A DNA stretch of 64,000 nucleotides, from NCBI GenBank assembly GCA_016124755.1, contig WGNA01000031.1, forward strand, positions 1 to 64,000, written 5' to 3'. The notes under the pieces were generated by a model that saw only the letters and a list, made by a program, of their open reading frames with translations, searched no databases and had not been told where the DNA came from. Numbering within the stretch: the stretch's first letter is position 1; the number at the start of each line of letters is the position of its first letter. Positions 1 to 7,946 of the stretch are shown here, piece after piece. Both the position numbers and the translations under genes were made by a program. The DNA comes from Bacteroidota bacterium (lineage in GTDB: Bacteria; Bacteroidota; Bacteroidia; NS11-12g; UBA9320).

Positions 1-963
1 ACTCTGACTTAATTCCCACCTTCCCATCGATTTATGAGCTTTAATACTTTGAGGGTCAATATCAAGGGCCCTTTCATAACACATTCTTGAATTTGAAAAA
101 TCATCGTTAAAGATGTATGCATCACCTAATTGCACCCAAACGCCGGAATTACTCTTGTATTCCAACAGCGTTTTTTCAAAATCAAGAATTGCACTATCGT
201 ACTTCTGAAGCTTAAAATAACAGTCTGCACGATAAAAGTTCGCTAGAGGATTCATCTTTTCATTTGAAGATTTGGTAAGGAACTCATACCTGTTTAAATC
301 GCAGATTGCTTCGTAGTATCGCCCAAGGTGATAGAAACATTCCCCTCGTTCGGAGAAGAAATCCGAGACTTTAGGGTTTAATGAAATTAACGGGTTGTAA
401 CAGAATAATGCCGAATCATATTTCTCTAAACATCTGAATGCATTTCCTTTTCCTAAATAACTTCGTTGACTATTCGGAATTTTTTTCAAAACGTGATCAA
501 AGTCATATACTGCATTTTGACAATCTTTAATACATAATTTGGCATAACCCCTAGCTTCGTAGGTTCTTTCCAGTTTTACAATTTTGTTGACATTTGTATC
601 CGGCAGTTTCTTATATTGTTCAATGGCAAGATTAAACGCTTCAATTGCCTCTGTACATTGTCGTAGTTCAAATAATGCGTCACCACGCCCTTTAATAATA
701 TCCGGATTTAAGGAATCATATTTTAACGCCTTGTTATAAGATTCAAGGGAGGCTTGATAATGTTCTCTATTGAATTCTGCCAAACCCTCTAACTCATAAG
801 TCTTGCTAACTTCTCTGTAATTTTGCGCAAGCGCATTACCCATACTGTACAAAAGAAATAAGATGTAAAAAAACAAATATTTAACCTCAATTTCTACAAT
901 ATTCTCTTCATTAAACTGCCGACTACAGTTACTATATACAATATATTTTAAACACCGGTTCAT
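1..963 (-). CDS. TPR-repeat protein; the 3' end lies beyond the window start. The start is ATG at 961-963 (975 or 843 are alternatives).
   Basis: An uninterrupted minus-strand reading frame runs from 963 to position 1. The translation reads MGNALAQNYREVSKTYELEGLAEFNREHYQASLESYNKALKYDSLNPDIIKG..., a 34-aa TPR-like periodicity with helix-pair signatures. The N-terminal extension has a hydrophobic stretch, YLFFYILFLLYS. Confidence 0.55.
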   Translation of the reverse strand, partial: MNRCLKYIVYSNCSRQFNEENIVEIEVKYLFFYILFLLYSMGNALAQNYREVSKTYELEGLAEFNREHYQASLESYNKALKYDSLNPDIIKGRGDALFELRQCTEAIEAFNLAIEQYKKLPDTNVNKIVKLERTYEARGYAKLCIKDCQNAVYDFDHVLKKIPNSQRSYLGKGNAFRCLEKYDSALFCYNPLISLNPKVSDFFSERGECFYHLGRYYEAICDLNRYEFLTKSSNEKMNPLANFYRADCYFKLQKYDSAILDFEKTLLEYKSNSGVWVQLGDAYIFNDDFSNSRMCYERALDIDPQSIKAHKSMGRWELSQS

Positions 964-988
964 TTTATACTCCATATCAATAAGATTA

Positions 989-1969
989 CTAATGCGAGTC
1001 AAGGATAGTTGTATTCCGTGGAAGGACGTCTGGTTTTTTGGCAAAATTTGGAGTGCCCGATTTTTTAACATTAACATCAGCACTCTTTTCAACAGTTTTC
1101 TCACCATCCTCTTTTGAATAGGTCACACCAACGGTTACTTCTAAATCACCGCTATATTCATTCTGTTCTTCAGGTGCTGACTGTTCGCAACCTTCTTCAC
1201 AATTTACTGGTTCGACTCCTTCAGCATGTTCTTCCGCTATTTCAACTTCCTCAGGTTCTTCTTCAGAAGCTGTAGATTTAACATCCACATTTATCTCACC
1301 AGACACTTCTATCTTATTTGGTGTTAAATTTATTATAAAATTACTATTGATTGAAGCGTTGGCAGGTGTTAAACCGGGTGAATTTTCAACCGGGGTTCCT
1401 GTTTTAATACTAAACTGGAACTGGACACCATTAAACTTAACTTCGTTATAGGGACTAAATGTAGTTTTTAGCCGCACGCCTCCTAGTGTTTCAAAACTCG
1501 ATTTATCTTCTAAAATAGGGAAATTCATTGCCGTGTAACAAGTTAACTTAATTTGCTTTTTGCTATCCTTCCATGAAGACATCAGTGGAATTGTTACCCC
1601 TAGTCCATAAGAAATTGGGCTTTGTTCTCTTTCTCGTCCATCAACGTCTATAAATTTGATTGGACAATTCCCTGTAAATTGATAGGGAGAATACCATGGA
1701 TAAGTTCGGAATAAGGGATCAACACTTAAAAATCTGCCGATACGCGGATTAAAAATCCTGAACCCATAGTCACATTGGTTACCATTGTTACTAATCTCGT
1801 TGTCATCCTCTTTTCCATTAAACCCAAACCTGTACCCCCCCTCAGGTGCGGCATAACCCGTCTCGGTAATTCCCATCCCAAAAGGATAGTAGTACATCCA
1901 GCCAAGATCCCTATAGGGACATCGTTTTATGCCAATACTATTTGGTGAGAAATGCATCTTTAGCATCAA
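989..1969 (-). CDS. orphan RHS repeat-associated core domain fused to a variable C-terminal polymorphic-toxin domain (a fragment; the N-terminal RHS repeats are absent)
   Basis: The N-terminal ~110 aa (YYYPFGM...RFGFNGKEDDNEISNNGNQCDYGFRIFNPRIGRFLSVDPL...YSPYQFTGNCPIKFIDVDG) match the canonical RHS core ending (...RYxxPxxGRFxxxDP...DPxG). An unrelated 200-aa acidic-rich C-terminal domain follows. The gene is only 326 aa, whereas full RHS proteins exceed 1000 aa. Its stop overlaps the integrase gene. Confidence 0.6.
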   Translation of the reverse strand: MMLKMHFSPNSIGIKRCPYRDLGWMYYYPFGMGITETGYAAPEGGYRFGFNGKEDDNEISNNGNQCDYGFRIFNPRIGRFLSVDPLFRTYPWYSPYQFTGNCPIKFIDVDGREREQSPISYGLGVTIPLMSSWKDSKKQIKLTCYTAMNFPILEDKSSFETLGGVRLKTTFSPYNEVKFNGVQFQFSIKTGTPVENSPGLTPANASINSNFIINLTPNKIEVSGEINVDVKSTASEEEPEEVEIAEEHAEGVEPVNCEEGCEQSAPEEQNEYSGDLEVTVGVTYSKEDGEKTVEKSADVNVKKSGTPNFAKKPDVLPRNTTILDSH

Positions 1970-3024
1970 ATTACGGCTTTTTGGGTAAGCTTTTCGAACA
2001 TAGCATCGGTTTGTTGGTCGAGGCGGTGCTGGTTGTATTTTACGTATTTGTAGAATTCTGTACTTCCGGGGGTGTGTCCGCTAATTTTACGAACCGTTGT
2101 TTCATCCACTCCGAGATTAAGCATCGTTGTAATAGCGGTTCGTCGCATGGTGTGGGTGCTCACCAGATCACAAAAACGGTATTGCTTTCTGCACTTGTTT
2201 GGTGCTTGCTGAATAAACGGAATTCCTCTCTGGGTTCTGTACTTGGGTAAGTCGTAAGTCCAACCGGCTAATTCAGCCAACTGTTTAATCTGTTTGTTGA
2301 AGTTTCTGCGATCCGTTTTGCGAAAGAGCATTTTACCGCGTGTTTTATTGCGTTGTACAATGGCAACGGCATAAGCGGGTAACTTAATACGGGTAAACGT
2401 ATGTGTCTTTTGAGAAATGGTTTTCAGGTACACCGAGTTGTCGCTCTGCCATTCCAGATTTTCGTTTTTCAGATTTAGTAAATCACTTACCCTCAACCCC
2501 ACTGTACAACCGAACACAAACAGGTCTTTGGTTCTTTTCTGCAACGCGTTAAGCCGGGCTTCAAATATCTCGTCCGAGATCAGAAATTGCAATTGTTCCG
2601 GTTCCAGCGCGATAATCTGTATGTCTTCTTTCCACACATGAAAGTTCTGGTAGAATGGTCCTAAGGAAATTCCCTTGTGGTGATTTACCCATTTTAAAAA
2701 GGTCTTTAGCATTTTTATATTATGCCCCACATAGTTGTCGAAATGCCCCTGGTCGTCGAACAGAAAATTGGTGAACTGCAGATACAGTTTTTCGTAGTAT
2801 CGCTTTTCCTGCTCAAACAGTCGCTTGTTATTACCGATTGATTTAATCCGCAGTTCAAATCCGGTCTTTTCAACGAACAGAATAAGCAACCGCCGCACAT
2901 ACCGGTAGTTGTTTTTTGAATCGGCAGTCATTTTTCTTCCGCCTTTCAGCATTCGTTTGTTGCGGTTGGTTGCCATCAAAAACGAATCGAACAGGGAGAG
3001 CATGTCGTATTGGGTTGTTTTCAT
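1966..3024 (-). CDS. tyrosine-type site-specific recombinase/integrase
   Basis: The C-terminal catalytic region reads LRVSDLL...HTMRRTAITTMLNLGVDETTVRKISGHT...FYKY, fitting the R...HxxR...Y pattern of phage-integrase-family recombinases. It is 352 aa and overlaps the downstream RHS fragment by 4 nt. Confidence 0.8.
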   Translation of the reverse strand: MKTTQYDMLSLFDSFLMATNRNKRMLKGGRKMTADSKNNYRYVRRLLILFVEKTGFELRIKSIGNNKRLFEQEKRYYEKLYLQFTNFLFDDQGHFDNYVGHNIKMLKTFLKWVNHHKGISLGPFYQNFHVWKEDIQIIALEPEQLQFLISDEIFEARLNALQKRTKDLFVFGCTVGLRVSDLLNLKNENLEWQSDNSVYLKTISQKTHTFTRIKLPAYAVAIVQRNKTRGKMLFRKTDRRNFNKQIKQLAELAGWTYDLPKYRTQRGIPFIQQAPNKCRKQYRFCDLVSTHTMRRTAITTMLNLGVDETTVRKISGHTPGSTEFYKYVKYNQHRLDQQTDAMFEKLTQKAVI

Positions 3025-3183
3025 TCAATAAGAAATTTCGATGCATACAAATAGGATGTATGGATAATTTAAGGTGGTCATGGTTTTCCAGCATGGATGA
3101 ATAGAAAACGTTGACATAGGGATGGGTTTGTTTTATCAAGTAACTAACAAGAGCTCCGGATCTTCAGAACCAAAGTTGAACGA

Positions 3184-3222
3184 AATAAAAAAGAAAGGCT
3201 TCATTAATTAATGAAGCCTTTC
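3184..3222 (-). terminator. rho-independent terminator for the lipoprotein gene 3247..3804
   Basis: A perfect 13-bp inverted repeat, aaaggcttcatta/attaatgaagccttt, spans 3194-3221. On the minus strand it is followed by a T-run (plus strand aaaaaag at 3186-3192). Confidence 0.5.
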
Positions 3223-3246
3223 GATGAATAATTTTTTATTGGTAAA

Positions 3247-3804
3247 TTATTTTGATTCCCAGATAAGACGCCCTTTTTCGATAAGAGCAGTTGCCTTACC
3301 ATCACCACCATCAACGCAAGTCATATAACCTTTACCAAATTCGGAAATTAATTTTCCATCTACCATTTTAAGTACGTACGTGCCATTGGGTGTAGGAGGT
3401 TCATCGGTAGTCGTAAATTGGCAATAAGCCGGAGGAGGGCCTTCAGAATAGGAAAGTTGAACTTCAAATTCATCAAAGTCAAAATCCGTGGTGTACCATT
3501 TAGATATGACATAATCTCTAGGCAACAAAGTGTCCCCGGATTTTTCATGAACAATTATTACTTCAGGGTAAGTGTTCTTAAGACTTATTCTGAGCTCTTT
3601 TGTAGATGGGTTATTAACGATTTTCTTGCTTTTGAAATTTTTTCCTTCAAATCGCTCTCCATTCAGCACAATATATTCCTCCAGTGAGTCGGAGGTGTTG
3701 TTATTATTGTTATTGTTAGTTGTTGGTGTGGGGTCGTCGCCACAACTCCAAATCGAAAATCCAAGGAATAAAGTGAGAGCGGTGCTTAGAATATTTTTCT
3801 TCAT
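3247..3804 (-). CDS. hypothetical lipoprotein
   Basis: Signal peptide plus lipobox MKKNILSTALTLFLGFSIWSCGDD. There is a poly-Asn tract, and the terminator lies downstream. Confidence 0.6.
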   Translation of the reverse strand: MKKNILSTALTLFLGFSIWSCGDDPTPTTNNNNNNNTSDSLEEYIVLNGERFEGKNFKSKKIVNNPSTKELRISLKNTYPEVIIVHEKSGDTLLPRDYVISKWYTTDFDFDEFEVQLSYSEGPPPAYCQFTTTDEPPTPNGTYVLKMVDGKLISEFGKGYMTCVDGGDGKATALIEKGRLIWESK

Positions 3805-3888
3805 GGGATTAAATATTTGCGTGTTAAACTTTTGTCAGTCGGCAATATAGTTTGAAATTTGAATGATACGACCTAGATAAGAAAAATA

Positions 3889-4365
3889 ATGCAACCTCAA
3901 ATCAAAAAATCTAAAGAAATACAGTTAATCGGAATGCACCTGCAAATGAGTCTTTCCGAAAATCGCACACCCGAATTGTGGCGAAAGTTTATGGGTAAGA
4001 AGTCGGAAATTAAAAATGTGGAATCAACAGAAACGATTTCTATGTCGGTTTATCCGCAAGGTTATTTTAATGCGTTTAATCCGAATATGAAATTTGATAA
4101 ATGGGCTGCCATTCCGGTTTCATCTGTGGCATTTGTCCCCGATGAAATGAAGGCTGTTATTATTCCATCAGGAATGTACGCGGTTTTTAATTACAAAGGC
4201 TTGTCAACCGATCCTTCGATTTTTCGGTATATATTTAACACATGGCTTCCTGAATCAGATTACCAATTAGATAACCGGCCGCATTTTGAAATTCTGGGGG
4301 ATAAATACAAGAATAATGATGCGGAATCGGAGGAAGAGATTTGGATTCCGGTTGTGAAAAAGTAG
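3889..4365 (+). CDS. GyrI-like small-molecule-binding (AraC effector-binding domain) protein
   Basis: 158 aa. The beta-rich pattern (IQLIGMHLQMS...AVIIPSGMYAVFNYKG...PHFEILGDKY) is typical of GyrI/SbmC-like domains. Confidence 0.45.
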   Translation: MQPQIKKSKEIQLIGMHLQMSLSENRTPELWRKFMGKKSEIKNVESTETISMSVYPQGYFNAFNPNMKFDKWAAIPVSSVAFVPDEMKAVIIPSGMYAVFNYKGLSTDPSIFRYIFNTWLPESDYQLDNRPHFEILGDKYKNNDAESEEEIWIPVVKK

Positions 4366-4398
4366 TTCGATTTTGGTGGCAATTTAATCCGCCTACCT

Positions 4399-5214
4399 TT
4401 GCCCGATATGGATTCTGAAATTAATTATCTCGAAGTCAACCGACAATCCTGGAACAACCGGACCGATACGCATATCGAATCTGAATTCTACGATGTTGAA
4501 GGTTTTAAAAACGGAAAAACTTCTTTAAACCCAATTGAACTCGAATTGTTAGGGGATGTGAGCGGAAAGAAAATCCTGCATTTGCAATGTCATTTCGGTC
4601 AGGATTCTATTTCGCTTGCTCGAATGGGCGCATCGGTTGTCGGCGTTGATCTTTCGGATATCGCCATCAACAGAGCAAAGGTTTTGGCACAATCGGAAAA
4701 TGCGGATGTTCGATTTATCTGCTGTGATATTTACCATCTGAAGGATAATTTAGACGAAAAATTCGATCTCGTTTTTACCAGTTACGGAACGATAGGCTGG
4801 TTACCGGATATGAATCGATGGGCTGAGGTTATTTCCCATTTTTTAAAACCCCAAGGGAAATTTGTTTTTGTGGAATTTCACCCGGTGGTATGGATGTTTA
4901 ATGATTCGTTTGATTCGGTTGGATATAATTATTTTAATTCAGGACCAATCATCGAGGAGGAAAACGGAACCTACGCGGATCGAGAGGCGGATATCAGTCA
5001 AAATTTTATTACCTGGAATCATTCCATCAGTGAAGTGATCAATGCGCTAATTCGAAATAATATGAATATTCGAAGCCTTGATGAATTTGATTATTCGCCC
5101 TATAACTGTTTTCGGGATACGGTAGAATCTGAACCGCAGAAGTTTCGGATAAAGCATTTGGAAAACATGATTCCGATGGTGTATTCGGTGGTGGCGGTGA
5201 AGATGGCGAATTAA
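4399..5214 (+). CDS. class I SAM-dependent methyltransferase
   Basis: Motif I ILHLQCHFGQDSISLARMGASVVGVDLS, then post-I D/E and motif II FDLVFTS. 271 aa. Confidence 0.75.
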   Translation: MPDMDSEINYLEVNRQSWNNRTDTHIESEFYDVEGFKNGKTSLNPIELELLGDVSGKKILHLQCHFGQDSISLARMGASVVGVDLSDIAINRAKVLAQSENADVRFICCDIYHLKDNLDEKFDLVFTSYGTIGWLPDMNRWAEVISHFLKPQGKFVFVEFHPVVWMFNDSFDSVGYNYFNSGPIIEEENGTYADREADISQNFITWNHSISEVINALIRNNMNIRSLDEFDYSPYNCFRDTVESEPQKFRIKHLENMIPMVYSVVAVKMAN

Positions 5215-5270
5215 TATTTTGAATAAGGAAGTTTCCAGACCAATACGGTATTTTACTGGTATTAATTTCT

Positions 5271-6310
5271 GTGGGGCTATAGCCACCCCTCCCCGAATGA
5301 AAGTTCGGGATCTTTTATTGGATCGGCAAAAATTTCGATGATATTAAGTGCTTATTTTCATTGAGATATTTGTATGAAAATATGTGCGGCTTGTTTCACG
5401 CAGAGACGCAGAAGATTGTGTGAATTGTTAAAGTTTAATTTGAGTTCGCAGAGGTTGCCCGAGAATGGAAAATTTGTTGTGAATGATTAGAGGCTATTTC
5501 CGCCGGGCAATTGCCACCCCTTACCCGGATGAAAGTTCGGTGTATTGAAATAACAAAACAAAAAACCAGACAATTTTAAACATTTACTTTTTTAAATGTA
5601 TTCCATTTTTCACGCAGAGTTCGCAGAGGACAACAACGAGCTTTAAGCTATACCGAATTATTAGATTTGAGAGGCGCAGATGTGTATGATGGAGAGTAAG
5701 TGGGTGCCATGTCTTAAAAAACATCTAATCATTATGCGGAACTCCCCTTAGCCAAATCCGTCATTGAGGGAGTAGAGAAAATTTTGTGGGCTATAGCCGC
5801 CCCTCCCCGGATGAAAGTTCGGGATCTTTTTAATGACCTGCAAAAACTCGGTTGAATTTAAATGCTTATTTCTGATTGATATAGTCGGAAAAAAATTGTG
5901 TAACTTGGTTCACGCAGAGGCGCAGGAGATGAGGAATGAGGAATTTAAATGTTTGGGTTATAACAGCTCACTGTTTTTGTTGAGGTGATGATGAGTTCGC
6001 AGAGTTGGCACTTAAACGTGCGGTTCTTACCTAATGAATTATTGAGTTGGATAGAACCTCATTTGGCCGACCACCCTCGCACCTTATGTTATGGAATTTA
6101 TTTCGCAGGTGTATTTCTGCGGGGCTATAGCCACCCCTCCCCGGATGAAAGTTAATCAGTTTGTGGTTTCGAAACAAATTAACCGCTTGAATTAAATGCT
6201 TATTTCTGAATGGGAAATGCCGGGCAATAGCCACCCCTCCCCGGATGAAAGATACAAATTCATTGCACATCAAACGCAACCGGATGATCAATTAAGTACT
6301 TAACCCAGAC
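5271..6310. repeat. mosaic intergenic repeat array, family A, cluster 1
   Basis: Five copies of the core GGCTATAGCCACCCCTCCCCGGATGAAAGTT. They are interleaved with the modules AAATGCTTATTTCT and TTCACGCAGAG(A/G)CGCAG. No ORF is supported. Confidence 0.8.
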
Positions 6311-6419
6311 ACCAACAAACTTTATAATTTTAATTCTTTATGCTCATAATAGATGTTTCTACGGGTGTAGATCATTTATCTTATTTTTAACTTTTTAATA
6401 AATGCTTATTGGTTTAAAT

Positions 6420-6765
6420 GCAAGTAAACCAACTTGTGGTTCACTTCCATTGTAGTAATAGAAAGAATAAAATGCATGGTGCGAAGCGGATCCTAAAACA
6501 AGAATAGGATCGCGTGGGTTGGCCGTCGGAAAGGTGGGATATCCACGGCGGGAATTTTTCATTTGGTAGAAAATCGGGAAAGTGCTTGACACCTCTTTCC
6601 CAGATTTTCAACAAATGATAAAGGGCGCTTACCGGCTTTCTTTCCGACTTGATTTTTTGCTTACTTTTTTATCAAGAAAAAAGTAAGAATATAAATTGTA
6701 AATTAATCCCCAACCAATTTACAATCTTGGTGTATCCATACGGAGAAGCATTTATTATTTTATTA
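6420..6765. repeat. family B repeat element, copy B1 (~340 bp)
   Basis: The same ~330-bp sequence recurs at 18215-18548 (same orientation) and inverted at 51760-51945, 53198-53505 and 54748-55040. It has a GC-rich core (GGATCGCGTGGGTGGGCCGTCGGAAAGGCGGGATAGCCCCGGCGGGAATTT) and an internal perfect hairpin, CTTACTTTTTTATCAAGAAAAAAGTAAG. Confidence 0.8.
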
Positions 6766-6788
6766 TACAAAAAAGAATTTTAAAGCTA

Positions 6789-7946
6789 TTAGCCCTCTTG
6801 TCCCGCCAACTTAATTCCCTGATTCCCTGCCCATGTACTAATGCTGTGTTTTGCAATAGCTGCAGCCATTAAATCCGGGAATAAATCGGGAGAACAACCA
6901 AAGACCGGTATTCCTAATTGTGCTAAAAAATCAGCATTAGAATGATCAAAAGAAGGATTTCCATTATCATCCAAAGCTAAAAGAGTTATTACCTGTACCC
7001 CGGAATTATTGAGTGCAGCAAAGCGCTTTCTCATTTCTTCCGTATCTCCTCCTTCGTATAAATCTGTAATTAAAAAGAGAATAGTATCCGTTGGTCTGCG
7101 AATAATCTGCTGACAATATTGAAGTGCCTGATTAATATCGGTTCCGCCTCCAAGCTGAACTCCAAATAACAGATCTACCGGATCTTTGAGATCTTCGGTA
7201 AGGTCGGCAACACTTGTATCAAATACCACCATGCGCGTATCCACCGCCGGAATAGAAGCGATCACCGCACCGAAAATACCGGAATACACAACGGATGCTC
7301 CCATAGAGCCGCTTTGATCAATACATAAAACGATGTCTCGAAGAGAACGACGTTTTTTCCCAAAACCGATTCGAGTTTCCGGAATAATGGTTTTGTAATC
7401 GGGTTGATAATGTTTCAGATTTTTCCGGATGGTTTCCGGCCAGTTTATTTCATTAAATCTGGGATTTCGGTTTCGAACAGATCGGTTAATACTTCCGGTT
7501 ATCGCCTGTCGGGTAGGGGATTCCAGCTTTCGAATTAATTCATCCACCACTTTTTTAATTACCATTCGGGCGGTGGCTTTTGTTTTTTGCGGAATCAATC
7601 TGCCCATGGTCATCAGATTGGCGACCAGATGAACATCCGGTACAACCGATTCCAGCATTTCCGGCTCGGTGAGCATTTGTTGAAGATTTAAACGACTGAG
7701 GGCATCCTTTTGTAATAATTGAACAGTTGATGCCGGAAAATATTCGCGTATATCGCCCAACCATCTTGCAACATTCGGAGAAGATGGGCCCAGTCCTCCT
7801 TTTCTGTCTGAATTATAAAGAGCTTCTAATGTTTTATCAATTCCGGATTCCAGTTTGTTCAATTCCATCGGAATTTCTGTCTGTACTTCTTTTCCGAGTA
7901 ATAACCGCCAGCGCTTTAATACTAATTCCTGCTCCTCTTTATTCAT
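6789..7946 (-). CDS. VWA (von Willebrand factor A) domain protein
   Basis: MIDAS motif VLCIDQSGSMGAS with downstream T and D residues. 385 aa. The start overlaps the stop of the upstream gene by 8 nt. Confidence 0.8.
   Translation of the reverse strand: MNKEEQELVLKRWRLLLGKEVQTEIPMELNKLESGIDKTLEALYNSDRKGGLGPSSPNVARWLGDIREYFPASTVQLLQKDALSRLNLQQMLTEPEMLESVVPDVHLVANLMTMGRLIPQKTKATARMVIKKVVDELIRKLESPTRQAITGSINRSVRNRNPRFNEINWPETIRKNLKHYQPDYKTIIPETRIGFGKKRRSLRDIVLCIDQSGSMGASVVYSGIFGAVIASIPAVDTRMVVFDTSVADLTEDLKDPVDLLFGVQLGGGTDINQALQYCQQIIRRPTDTILFLITDLYEGGDTEEMRKRFAALNNSGVQVITLLALDDNGNPSFDHSNADFLAQLGIPVFGCSPDLFPDLMAAAIAKHSISTWAGNQGIKLAGQEG

Noticed and set aside
3830-3888. Bacteroidota-type promoter (TAnnTTTG -7 box) upstream of the GyrI-like gene
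   Set aside because: Only an approximate match (TATAGTTTG) is present. Without a clear -33 TTG element and transcription-start data, the call is too weak to report as a feature.
5271-6310. Possible CRISPR array, given a repeated ~30-bp GC-rich core
   Set aside because: Spacing between cores is irregular (95-335 bp). The intervening sequence is itself made of shared modules rather than unique spacers. No cas genes are present, and the core varies slightly between copies.
6395-6592. Small ORFs wholly inside repeat elements. Examples are 6395..6592, 53311..53496, 16371..16592, 26747..26986, 49319..49525 and 53624..53923.
   Set aside because: They are translations of the repeat itself in either orientation and recur with each copy. 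There is no independent coding signal.
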